DNA of 58,902 bases from positions 2,415,129-2,474,030 of the forward strand of contig BCIN01000001.1 in assembly GCA_039545335.1 (NCBI GenBank), given 5' to 3'. The notes below the pieces were generated by a model, which saw only the letters and a program-made list of their open reading frames with translations, was not told where the DNA came from and made no database searches. Within the stretch, counting starts at the first letter, position 1. Each line of letters starts with the position of its first letter. Shown in pieces: positions 25,201 to 39,306 of the stretch. Position numbers and translations under genes: made by a program. The DNA comes from Kondoa subrosea. Taxonomy: Eukaryota.

Positions 25201-28200
25201 CTACAATGAATCTGGTTCTGCACCTCTTGATTCTGCGCAATTCTCGCAGTCTACCTATCACCACACTGGAAGTGCAACTCTTCGGCCACTCTATTGTAAG
25301 ACGTTCTGCAACTTCATCAACTCGTTCAGAACCTCTTGCATGCCTTATCTCATGCTTGTTGGATCATCATCTCTACGCTCATCAAACTTCGTTACTGGCC
25401 GCTCGGACACTGGCGGCCCTTCTCAGCGCGTCCACGGCCAGTGGTGTATCGGCACAGAACCTCAGCCTTCTACCCTTCTTCTCCAATCCCGACAAGCAGC
25501 TTCGACAATTACTGGAAGTCATAGCCGACTCTAACCTTCAACTCACTTTGGCCGTAGCTCTTTGGACGCTACTGGATGCTATAGTGGATTCTCAGCCTGC
25601 ACTGGCAATGTGGCTTATCACAGGTCGACTCCTTTCCGCTGCTGAAGCTGAATCTTCTGGCCCTGCATCTTCTTTGCATCACACTCTACTCAATGTCGTT
25701 AGCGACCTTCTTCTGGATAGCGACAACGAACTACCCCCTGAAATTGAGGAATGCATCTACCGACTTCTGAACACCGCCTGGCAACATCTGATACATTATC
25801 CCGACTCGTATGAATCACTGCGAGGCAATGATCGATTTTGGGCAGCTGTACTAAAAAAGCTGACTGCCTCCCAGGTCGCGCTACCAGTTGCCGAAGAAGT
25901 TGACACCTTGCTCGCAACAGATGATTTGCAGCAAGAAGTCTACCTCAGTTCTTCTCAGGCTCTCTGTCTCTCGGCTTCAGCTCGTATTTACGCAGTACGG
26001 CTACTTACAACTGATGTCGAGTATATCAGCTACTTCCCCAAAGCTACAAGCAAGTCTTTAGACGAAATCATCAAGTTGCTTCAAGATCAAGAAAAGATGC
26101 TCGCAACCTGCACTTCCATTGTCACAAACTCTTCAAATCCGGATCTGCACGCTAGTGTAGCTCATCATTTGAAGGTACAGTATTCAGACCTGGATCTAGA
26201 CGCAATGCGTTACCCAACAGCAACGGCCTGCCCAGCGTTAAATGTTCTACGACCTCTTGGGAGCAATTATATCTACGATGTCAATTTGGCAATCTTGCGT
26301 GCTCAGTCTGCCTCTTCTATCCCTCTTGTGCCTTATCTTCTACGATGTCTGAACTTGGATTGGTCCTTCATTGATATACAAGCCATTACTGCTAAGGCTT
26401 GGCAAAATATGTTGGCTACCTCCTACGCATGCCTGCGAGCAAGCGGCAAGTCGATAGCGACAGTAACGCGTCCAGCCATGGCTTGCGTCTTGGCCATTGC
26501 TAAAGTATGCGCTCGCGAAGAGCAGACTGGTGACATAGCGGCATCAATATATGAAGCTCGCCTTCAGATGCTAGCCTCGTTAGCAGAAATCTGTATGGCA
26601 GACGAAGCCATTGAACTTCAAGAGGTGAATGACGCCTTGGAAGCCGTGACCGCGCTACTATCTCAAGACAACCTGCATCCCATAGCAGCTCTACAGGGAC
26701 AATTCAAAACAGCTTTCCATCGACCTTTACTTTCTGCCCTTTACCTGCTGATAGTACAAGTGAAGCGCAAAACCACCAATAGCAGCAAGTCTGCAGATTT
26801 GAAGGCAGCCGATTCACAAGCTCTACAGAACATCCTTTACTTTGGCTTCCGGGCAGTACGAAGTATTGTGCAAGCTCTCCCTTCAAGCGATGGCGAAGCA
26901 GGAACAAATCCGATGACGGATCTAAGTCTTGTAGTAGCAGTACTGCAGCAAGTCCTCAGCCCATCCATATGCCCGAACGCCCGGGTATGGCTCTCTTTTT
27001 GTCAAGAAATGGACATCTACCAATTGCTGTTTTCTACCCTCGCAAGTAATGCCACTGTATATACCATATCGGGACAGCACAAGTCGACAGCTGGTCAGAT
27101 ATTTGCGCTCCTCCTCTCTATGAGTGCACATCCTCTTGCAGCCGAGCGAATGGCTATCGAAGGCCTTCTTTCGGTATTTTACACCAATCCTCTTTCCTCA
27201 CAGCTCGAAGCCGGCTTGATCCAGCCTCGGATCACGACAGGACAGCAAGGTCGGAACGAGTTACATCGCATTTGGTGTCTCATGTTGGCAGTGCTATCAA
27301 GAATGGCTGCTACACTCTCACATAGCGATACGTTTATGACTGAGATTTGCGGTTTGGTTCGCTACTACGGCAAACAGATTAATACACCTCTGCTTTGGTC
27401 TATCGAGCAAACCTTATACCTGGCCTCCCTCGAAGAGATCGAAGCGTCCGTCAGTCTACTGACAACTTTGCTCACCCATGCCTCAGAAAACGCTGCCACT
27501 CAATCATTAGCTCAGCAAGCTCTTCTGTTCCTTAATACTGTCGTCTTCTGCATTCAACATCCAAATACACTAGTCAACTGTATCGAGGCACTAGAACCGC
27601 AAGAAGCGGATTGGATTCAAAAGTTGCAAGGCGAGTCGAGCGGAGACACTTCTGTACAACAATTTGGCGACAAGCCTTGCGTAGGATCTTGTGTTGTGGT
27701 ATTTGCCGGGTGCGGCTAATCCAGTCCCAAAAAGATCCTTTTTGATTTATGAAGTGTGTAGGCTCGCTTCAAGCTTAGTGCATGGGCTGGCCGCTTACTG
27801 CCGCGCCTTTCAACCTCTACGACGCGACGAAATCGAATGGCCTTTCCACAGGCTTGTTTTCAAACCTGTCAGTCGAAGTACGTTCGTCGAGAAGATTATA
27901 CTGATGTTTCAGTGAACAGTCGTCCAAAGTAACGATGCAGGAGCCTGCAACAGCCGGTACTCTGCTCGACTTGGCAAATTGGTCACTAGACATTTTGCGA
28001 CATCATCCTTCTACTGGACAAAGCTCCTCAGCTCCAGCTTCCCAAGACCTTCTACCAGCATATAGCTTCGCTAGACTCAAAACCATTGCGTCAACGACTA
28101 TGGAAGCGAGCCTTTTGTTAAGTACATGTCAACTTGCTTTGGCACTGTATCAGCCCGCGCATTTTGGCGGAGAGACATTAGATGATCGCGGTATGCGATG

Positions 28201-28463
28201 GTCCATACACATCCTGTTGCAAAGCTAAATTGCGGTGGTTTACAGGCAAAAGAGCCATCACAGGCGAATTCGGTCCAGATCTGATATCGCTGATCAACAA
28301 AGTGTCAAACCTCGATACCACGCATTCTTTATCCTCGATCAACAAGGTAGCAAGCTTCGACCGCACAACAAGCTCACGACCGATAGGAAACAAGGAAACT
28401 CAAACGCCTTTACTCTATGTTGCGCTAAAGAAGTTCATTCAGATAAGATTGATTCAGAACTAG
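22264..28463 (+). CDS. NUP188: Large alpha-solenoid nucleoporin, Nup188-like (~1900 aa)
   Basis: Long helical ORFs (641 and 1187 aa) joined by short introns. N-terminal EISSRLEVDQVEALVLL...FYFQERLAIL and RFPFQATPMLQLLRAL resemble Nup188. ATG 22264 is followed by a GTCAGT..GCAG intron. Confidence 0.7.
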
Positions 28464-28603
28464 GTTGATTGTGTAGACATGTAAGAATAGCAACAAATTA
28501 AAGCGGCTGCTGGTCCTTTGTACATTGCAGGAGAAATTGTTACACAAAAAGAATGGATACGTACTCAAAAACCCTAAACCAAACCCCTCTTGGTGATTGT
28601 TCT

Positions 28604-29194
28604 TCATTGATTGTTTTTCGCATTCTCTGGCGCAGTGGCCCAGCTCTTCGCCGCTAAGGCGAAACCTGCGATGGCACTCATTTCGCATGACAGATGAAAC
28701 ATCACGGGTTCGTGCATACGGTCTTTGTCTGCAGAATTCATAGAGGAAAAGTAAGCTCGATCAGCGTCTCAGCCTTCTTGCGCTTACGAGCCATGTCCTA
28801 ATGTAACATGTTTCCTTCAGTTGCGCATTGCCGGGTTCAATACTCGACTTACGGGTTCCTCTTCTTTGAGCTGTCCGTAAACGTTATCAGATACAGACCA
28901 AGCTGTAACTTCAGGCGACGAACCCTAGCGAGATTTTTCTTCATATTGCGGGAGAAAGTCAGAACCTCCAAACGTCACAAAAGAGAGTCATTTGGCCTAC
29001 TTTCATGTAGCTTTGATATTTGGAGCTCTTGCCTAGAATGGACAGCATTCCATCAGCATAGCTTTGAAGCTAGGCCTCAAGAGAATCAGATACCTTTCTT
29101 TCCTCCAACTAGAAGAAGTTGTTTGTTTTTGCATGAGTTTCAAATATTACGCGCAAGGACACGAACGAGACTGACCAGCTTTGCTCTTTGCCAT
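28604..29194 (-). CDS. 59-aa YABBY/HMG-box-like DNA-binding protein encoded by 8 exons
   Basis: Exons 29176-29194, 29094-29108, 29001-29032, 28924-28938, 28853-28870, 28788-28797, 28720-28728 and 28604-28665, all joined by GT-AG introns of 53-67 nt. They give MAKSKAVGGKKGKSSKYQSYMKKNLARLKEEEPDMAHKDRFALAAKSWATAPENAKNNQ*. Confidence 0.88.
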
Positions 29195-29439
29195 GATTGT
29201 ATGCTAAGGTGCAACTCTTCAAAATAGAAATCACGCGGTTTTGGAAGAGAGTCAAAGAGAATCAGCGAGCGGAGAAAGTCGAAATATACAGAAGCGAATG
29301 CCACTTTGGGATATTGCTCAAAGACTATGATAGTAATAGCAGTGTGTAATAGTATGTGTTTATACAAGCGCCGTTGCGCGATTATGAATCAATATTCGAC
29401 GGCGAGAACATGATATGAGCGAATCCGCAATAACTTGTA

Positions 29440-31439
29440 CTATGCAATACCCGTAGGTGTCGGTTTGTACAACACAGTCGTAACAAACTATAAAGAGAGG
29501 GGATTGTCAGCGCAATTGTCATGAGAAGAAAGCATGACAGAAGGAACACACCTTCTTTCGATATCTCTTGGTCACCCCTACACTCAACAACCCTTTTGTG
29601 ATAGGACTTGCAGCCAAATGATCAATCACACTGTGATCTGGTTTCGGTAGCAAACTGTTATCATCTCCACTTCCAGAAGCAACGAGTACTATAGAGTTTA
29701 AGACGCCTCTTTGCAATTGAGCCGGTAGAGAGGGTGGATTAACAGGATGTAAGAGATTAGGATGAGAAGGAGTAATATTAGGATGTTGAATAGGTTCAGG
29801 TTCTAAACCTCTTTCCATTAATTGTCGGTTATGTTCTTCTTGAGCTTCGTAAGCTGCTTCTTCCGCTTCTTGCATTTCTCCAAAAGCAATAAGTTCTTCT
29901 GGGATGTTGGTAGTCCAACGTTGCTCTAACAACTCTTGCCAATACTCTTCTTCATCAAAATGTTGTTCGGCTGCTAATTGCTGAGCAGCAGAGACACTTG
30001 GTGTACCGGGAACCGATACTTGCAGGTAGTTAATCAGATTACCATCTTGATCTGTAGCGCTAGGTAGGTTTCTACTCGTTTTCCATTGCTTGTCGACAAT
30101 GAATTTGAGTCGATGTGGACCAGGCGGTAAATTGACCAAAGCGGAGAAATCAGATTGACTCCTAAACAAATGCGAACAACCAGCTTTTTCAACATCCCTG
30201 ATGCAACTGTCATAGTTTAAGCAAATGAGCTCACTTTTTCTTTCTCAACTCGATCTTTGTAGTCCATCCTTTAGCAAAAGTTCCAGTAACATAAACTTTC
30301 TGAGGCATTCCTTCACCCGTTTCTGGACCACCTTCTTTTCCTTCCCCTTCACCAGGATTCCAAGTTAACAAAGTTGGTATTCCTTCTGAACCAGCACCTA
30401 AATCTACTGTAGCTGCTTTAACGGCTTCTACAGCTGCTGGATTGTTTGCTAAACTACCAGCTAAGACTGCGATAGGTGCTGCAGCTGGAAGAGGTACAGA
30501 AACAGTATTGCGAGGTGAGGTTTTAGGTGAGGTTTGATTGGTAGTAGCACCAGAAGCTAAAGGGAAAGAATTGTCTACTGTTGCTAATAGACTTGTAGCC
30601 AATTCACTTGTGCTTAGATTAGGTGAAGCGACTGGTGTCCCTGTTGCTGAATGTATTGGAGAACCAACAATTAGAGATGCAGTAGGTCCAGCTGCTGTTC
30701 CTAAAGAATTGCTAACTGAATTTGGTACTTCAGGTGCAACAACGGTAGAATGAGGTGGTTGAAGAGGAGGAATTGTGTCGACAAGTCTCTTTTGAGGTTC
30801 AGAAGTGATGTGAGGTGCGTAAGAAAGATTTCGAGGTAAAGCGATAGGTTCGGGTGATAAGGCTGGTTGATTAGATAAGTCTTTGCTTCGATCTTTGATT
30901 ACATCTTCCAGTACAGGAGGAAGACCAGTAGCAGGTACCACGCTCAGTTGATCAGTGTGTTTTCGAAGGGAAGGAGTCAATCTTGCTGCTCCATCATCGA
31001 TTTCATTATCCTTATCTAGATCTTGAGCGTTGCTGCCGAGGTAGATTTCATTGTCATCCGACATGGAAGACATGCGAGAGGTGAAGAAGGGTGATTCAGA
31101 ATGGGAAGCATTGGCATTGGCTGTTGGTGTTACAGGTTCACTGTTTCGTGCTGCGACAGGTCTGTTTGAAGTAGCTACAGTTGGTTTCGACTTGGAAGAG
31201 AGAGCAGCAGTAGGTGAGAACTGCTGAGCCAGATTTGGATTCGCCGTAGAGGGACCAGTAGAAGAAGAAGGGGTGAAGGCAAGGGAAGCATTCAGGTCGG
31301 GCAATTCAATAGATTTCCTTCGCTTGTTGCCATTTCTGTTGCTTGACCCAGCTGAAGTGACTGTAGAAGTAGATGAAGCAGATACAGAGCTCCGTAAAGG
31401 CGGTCTAGTCGCTTTGCTAGTGGATTCCGAGTTGCCCAT
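29440..31439 (-). CDS. SIP2: SNF1/AMPK beta subunit (CBM48 + ASC domain)
   Basis: Myristoylation start MGNSES; KVYVTGTF..GW; GPHRLKFIVDKQW; DGNLINYL; PPSLPAQL; LPKPDHSVIDHL; KRYRKK|FVTTVLYKP. Confidence 0.92.
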
Positions 31440-31658
31440 CGTCCTTTGCAGTAGGCAGGTTTCAAGAAGAGCTACACTGTAATTGGACTTGCAGCGACAG
31501 TCTGCCTTGTTTATGTGGTCGTATGAGAGTGATCTAGAGACTCATTGCTCTAAGTGGCTCTATTTCGTTGTTGATGGAATAGCAGATTGTTCAAAATCGC
31601 ATTATCCAATGATACAGCAAATCTGTTCGGAACGATAATACATGCTATACAATAACTG

Positions 31659-32353
31659 TCACGAGTTGAAGGGTATACTGGTGCTGATCTCTTTGTCTTG
31701 TCTGAGTTGTTTAGCGTTATGGATCGCAGTCTGTCTCAGGGTATCGCTCGCTGGCACAAGAGTCAGTCAACTGTATACTGACATTCCATATGGAGAAGCT
31801 GGACGCACTTGATTTCTTCTTCTTTTTCTTCTTCGTCTCCAAAACTGAGTAATCCGATCATGATGAGCTTTCCACATCCGGAAATGAGTAATAGCAACAT
31901 ACTGCTGCTATCACGTTGCATGAATTGCCAATCATCAGAAGGAGGATAGAACAGTGCCTAAAGAGAAGTCGGCTTATACTAAGCGACGAGATTGAAAGGT
32001 ACATACATTTGCTTTCTGCATCATCGCGACTGCAATACTGGTTGCGATCATGTCCAACACATTTAATTCCGGCGCTTCGAGAGCTTCAAGTTTTTCCAAC
32101 TGCTTAAGGTAACCAGGCTCGCTTGCCAATATACTAGTCTTGAGAAATTGGATAGCGGTGGAGTGATCTTTATCCATTCGAACATAACGACGCCAAGCCT
32201 CATCACTTCTACGGGATTCAGGTTTAGCAGCATTAACAGACTTGTTTGACGAGTATACTCCCAAGCTATCTTCCATGCCAAAGCAAATAATGTTGTTGCG
32301 TTGACGTTCTTATCGTCCAGATTCACAACCACAACAGGCGGTGGGCCTCTCAT
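31659..32353 (-). CDS. Hypothetical ~160-aa protein with poly-Lys tract (5 exons)
   Basis: GT-AG splicing keeps an open frame: MRGPPPVVVVNLDDK...KIAWE|SDEAWRRY...QKAN|ALFYPP...|LETKKKKKKKS|TSDTLRQ...PFNS*. Confidence 0.6.
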
Positions 32354-32504
32354 GGTCACATAAGAAAGAATAGAGCAGAACGGTCAGCTTTCGCCGATAT
32401 AAACAGAAAATCAACAGAAAATGACTCGAGCTCGTGGTCGGAAGCAAAACAATGTGGGGTCGAACGTTACTTGGATTTTCTAGATATTGTGATCAAGTTG
32501 CAAA

Positions 32505-33894
<1,390 letters not shown>

Positions 33895-34303
33895 GTTGTT
33901 GCGAGTAAAAGATTATGCAGGTCCAAGGGATACAGGGATACGCGAGTCAAAGTCTGTGATTCAAGAACAAACAATTTCGAATTTGTTACAAACGCATCGG
34001 GATCTAAGATGACTCGAAGCTCTATGCATTTGCTCCCTTTTTCTGCCCCCAGTTATAAACCCAAGACACAACAACAATTTTTGCGAGACAAACGACAAAC
34101 GACACTTGGAAAAAATACAGTGCAGCGGAAAGATAGATACGGTAGATAGGGTTGAATGACGATATGTGGTGAAGTACTTGAAGACTTTTGAAGGAACGAG
34201 AGTGATAGGGTATTGAACACCAGTACTGAGAATCGGTATACAAGTAGATGATTGGCATGGTTTTTACAGGGCAGCCAACTAGAAATCGTGATTAGCTTCT
34301 AAG

Positions 34304-37300
34304 TCACCGAGATCGGCATGCAGAACGAACCTGACTGTTGATAGCATCGGCCCAAGATTGAGCCTCATCTTCAGATGATAATTTGAGGTACATGATTTGA
34401 CGAGAATCGACCAAACGCAAAACTCCGTCTCTTCGAGCGCTTGCACAGGAAGTTCGTTGGCTTTGACCTAGCCGCAGAACGGTGTGCAGCTTCACTTGTC
34501 CGACCGTTTCGCCGTTATCATAGATGAGAACCAGGATATCAGATGTGAGTAGTGCGATAAGACGTCTGCTGTCTGTCTCGCTTTTGAGGGAATTGACTTG
34601 ATGGACGGTTGTTGTACCGTCTACTTCGGATTGGACATGTTCAAAGGTCCTTTTGAGAGATCGCTCCAGCAACATTGGGCCTTCTTTAACCAGAGCCTGT
34701 CAAAAACGTTAGCCAAAACCATTTGTTCTGTTGAGGTAAACTCACTCGATGCGGCTGAACCAAAGGTGACTTGAAACGCTGTCCGATTCGGGTCTGCCAG
34801 TAGAGCAAACGATGACGACCTTCGCTTTGACGCTTGCGTTCATTAAGGTCAGAAGCCAAATGAGAAACCAGTTCTAGAGCGTTTGCGATTTGAGGATTTG
34901 GTGCCAGCATATACGATCCGTCATCTACTGGAGTGCAAGAAAGGAGAGCCTCGAGTAACATCTTGTATCGCGGAATGCGTTGAATGGGCATCAGCAGATC
35001 TGTGTCAACTTTGAGATTGCTGTAAACGGCATGTGTTTTGTCACTCACAAGAGTCGCAGCCGATCTGACTATGATCTGGATGCGTTCGGCACTGTTTGAG
35101 GAATGCTTTCATGCGTTTCCGCTGAGTGGCAGAGAGGGTTTCGTTTTCGCGTCGCACGACTGAGTCCAGACCATTGGAAAGACCAGGAGCAGCACCGTTG
35201 GCCAGTACCGAGCTTGACGAGGGCACAGGAGAAGTCCATGTCTTAAAACGACTCATAGCTAGTACAAACTTTTCAGCTGTGTCATTTACTGCGGTTAAGC
35301 AAACATACCAGTATCGAAGTTGTTTACATAAGTAGAATACCTACGATCAATCTAAGTCAGCACTATACGATGTCAGAAACGGGAAAAGAGCTCACATGCG
35401 TAGGAAAGCGCCATGACGATTGAACACCTTTGCAAGTTCTTCTGCAGTTTTCCGCGAGTCGACGCTGTCTGAACTATCGACCGACACATAGCTATCTCTA
35501 TTCTGTCTCATACTCTGGCTGACAGCTTCCAGATCAGGTAAGAAGTGGTCTTGATGAAATTTGAGCAAGCCTTCAACATTGGAAAAGACTGTTCGACGTT
35601 CTGGGGCGGGAATAATGCTTTCTCCGTTGCCCGATCCTTTGATAGGTTGGGATCCAGGTGTGACGTAGATTGTGACTAGTTCTCGAAGACCGGCAACATA
35701 CGACTTCTCGCTGGCAATAATCTCCTCAATCAATTTTTCTCGCTTATAAGGATCGTTGTTGAGCTTGATCGCAGTCGGTGGAGACATTGAGCCATCGACT
35801 GATGTATCTTGCGTGCTTGCGCTGGAATGAGCCTTTCGTTGCAGATCTTCGCTGAAACCGTCAGATCTTTGGCCGTTGGAGAACAAGCTAGAGTGAGCAG
35901 AAGAGCGAGAGGAAGCGGTCGTCAGATTGCTCGAGTAAGGCTGACGAGCACTGGAGGAACGCGAGACAGTTGGTCTACGGTACCCATTTTGCGATTGAAG
36001 TTCAGAAAGAGCAGTCAAAACAGTCGCTGGAGAATTGTCTGGACCTAAATCGTCCAGATCTCTTAGATACTGCATCAGACCTCGTAAAGCAGATCTGGGC
36101 TGTTCTTCCACCGCAGGGCTCTCGAGTTCTTCAGTCTCTGAATCATCGGTATCGGTCGGGGTGTCAATCGACATAGACGAAGATGGTAAGTAGCGCAATT
36201 GGAGTACGCCCGAGCTCGAGTATTCGGAAGGTGATTGTGAGAGAGAAGAATTGCGATCTGGAAGTTTGATGGTTTCAGCAAATGATGGAGCGGAAGAAGC
36301 AGTCCGGTTCCGGGTGATAGACAGGAAGTTCTTTTGCGGGCGAACGACTGTACTGGCATTGATTTCTGGAGCTGAGCAACTTCGTTGGTCTATACTTCGA
36401 GGATCGGTTGTTAGTAAAGGTCGTTTGAGACCTTCACCTTTGCTTCGACCGAAAGATCCCATCTTCTTGAAGAAGCTGCTTTTCTTTTTGCTCATAGGTG
36501 TAGCATCAATGCTTGACTCTTGTTTCCGAGGAACCGGCAGCTCGCCAAAGTCACCCAGAGATTGTAGTACGGCTTCGGGCGATAGACTGATACTGCGGTG
36601 ATTCATTGATGCTGGAGTATTGCTTCGACTAGAAACAGGAGGTAAGCCATTCTGAGAAGACCGGGTAGGTGGTCGACTGAATGCCAAATCACCATGACTT
36701 CTCATCTTCCGCATTCCGGAAGCCGATGGTAGACTAGCTGTAATATTGTGATCTTGTCTCGAGGAAGAAGGTGCACCAGCTATCGATGGTCTTCGTGGCA
36801 ATGGTCGACGAGGGGCATGCATTTGTGGATCAACAGGACTGGGACCATTAGGCGAATCTTCACCTTGCATATTTGGTGATCGCGGGGAATCGATGAAGGA
36901 AGAAGCCGACGAAGAAGACATACACAGAGGACGTACCAACTCTGTCCAATGGTCAGAGAAAGGATTGTTGTCGATTCGAAGGTATTGCAGACTCTTTTCC
37001 AAATGACACAGCCAAGACGGAAGCGAGAGAAGCTTGTTGTTTGTCAATGACAGAGTGTGAAGGTCTGAGAGAGTGGAAAGGGGGTACTGTAGATTCCTGA
37101 TACCGCATGAATCGGCTGTCAAGATTTTAAGCGAAAAAAGGGATGCAAGAATAGGTGGCAGAGTAGTGAAGTTATTGCCAGAGAGATCCAGTTCTTCCAA
37201 GCTGCGAAACGAAGACATCGTATGCGGTAGTTCCGTGAGTTTGCATTCCCTGTTCGATGGGTGAGAATTCAGGTTGCTGCGGCAAACGAAAGATCACTCA

Positions 37301-38927
37301 CGAAAGATCAAGTACCCTCAGATTGACCATATCCACAGCAATCAACAAAGATCTCATTACATCACTTGTGTGTAAACTGTTGCTTAATGACCAATGCGTC
37401 GTTTCTTCATTAACCAAAGCAGCCAATCCAATTGCTCTTTTCTCTTTTGCAGGAGTCAAGAAACTTTCCATTGCGCTCAAAGGACTAGTGATCCAACCAT
37501 TTGAAATTCTTCGAGCTCTTTCAACCCTTTCGGCTACACTACTAGATCGACTTCGACCTCCAGCGGGAACGACGGATTTGTGTCTGCCAGCAATAGTAAT
37601 TCCTTGCTGTTCTTCCAGTTCTATACCTAGTCCAATTTTGCTAGGCGAAACTAATTGATCTGTTGTAGATTTCGCTGGTGAACCGGTAGTAACACTTAGA
37701 TTGGGCGAAGAAGTAGTTTTGATGGTTGATTTAGTGAAACCAAGAGGAGGTAAAACAGGTTTCCCACTTTCTAGCGTTTCGATTTGCTCGTTGAGATCTA
37801 AGTCGATCAAGGAAGAAACAGAAGGTGAAGTCAAGGAAGAACCGGAACTTGTTCGATTTCGTTCATTGTCTGAGTTTGACCAAGGGTTGAAACTGTTTGG
37901 TCTACTTGAAGGACCACTTGAAGGAGTGTAAGCAGTTGATGGAGTAGTGGAAGAGGAGTTTTGAAAAGGGTCGACACCAGATCTACTTGAAGCGAAAGAC
38001 ATTTGTCGAGCTAATGATCGAGGTGGTGGGACTGGCGCTGATGCAGCTTCAGGAATAGAGGTAAGTGATGGATGACTCCTCAACATATTGATCGAAGCTG
38101 AATCTGATTGAGACCGGGATCCATGTGTCAGAGGGTGATAGGATGATGTTCTCGAAGTCGACATGATTTCAGATAAGGCTGTCGCGCTCTCCATAGGTTC
38201 TTGCGATGAGGAGGAAACCCGTTGTGAGTTGGAATGAGGGATAGTCACTGTTGGTGAAGGTGTAGCCAAAGAATCCTGTCTTGGCGAAGAAGAGAAACGA
38301 GAGTTTGCAGAACCAGCTGGTGAAGAATAAGTTCTCCTAAGCGAAGCAGGACCTTTTTTTCCTAACGGTCAGTTACGGGAAAAGTGAATTCATATTGCAA
38401 AGGCAATTTACTTTGTGGACTGGGAGCGAGCAAAAAAGCTCCGACTGTTGCATGATCATCCTCTTCTTCTCCTTCTCCTTTCTCTGCCCATTCGTCATGC
38501 ACTTGCTGCTGTAATTGCATTGCAGAAAGGTTCATTGATCTTCTTTCGCTTAAGCGATAAGAAGGCACGTCCGTGGTAAAAGCAGACATCAATGCGTTGG
38601 TATGCAGAGCTTGTTGAGAAGGAGGAGGAGGAGAGATCTGCTGCTCCAGAATAGGCGAGCTGTTCGAGATCGCCTTGGAAAAGACTTGCCCTGGAGCAGG
38701 AACAGTTCTTTGCTATTGTCGACAGAATCAGGTTCGGCATCAGTATAAATGGAGCTGGACAATCAAGATAGTCTGCGTACAGTTAGACGAACGGTAGGAT
38801 CATCCAGTGACGGTTCTCGAGACCAGCCTGGTGCAGCGGCAGTCGGAGTTTGGCTGAGATGGAAAGAGCCTGCCCATGACGCGGGAGCAGCTTGTGGAGT
38901 GATGCGCCCATCTATAGAGCCTTGCAT
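34304..38927 (-). CDS. LRR-containing RhoGEF (LRR + DH + PH), ~1400 aa
   Basis: LRR units LRVLDLS/LEELDLSGNNFTTLP/LHTLSLTNNKLLSLP; DH motifs EIIASEKSYV..L, VFSNVEGLLKFH and LLMPIQRIPRYKMLL; C-terminal PH-like ...AQSWADAIN. The 5' exons were joined by inferred introns from ATG 38927. Confidence 0.85.
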
Positions 38928-39306
38928 GACAGCAGTAGCGTCGTAGCACAGGTGCACCGAGAATTTTATAGTGCTTTTTCGTCGCGAAGTGGTTATGTTG
39001 CTTTGTCGCACCGAGGATGTATCACGTCGCAGGGTATAGAGGCGACTTCACGCGTAATTAACAGGGCAGAATGGTTGTAGAAAGAGAGAACAGGGCAGCT
39101 CTCACAACACAAGAATACTTGCGAAGGACTTTTTTCAATGAATGATCAGAAGACATTGTTTGGAAAACCTCTTATTCTTCTGACTATGCTATGCTACGTG
39201 GACCGCAGTCGGTTTGCCTCATTGAGGACGGGAAGTCTGAAGAAGAACAGATATTCAGCGAAATAGAGATCAAATTGAAATGTGCTTACCTTTTCCGATT
39301 GTCTAC

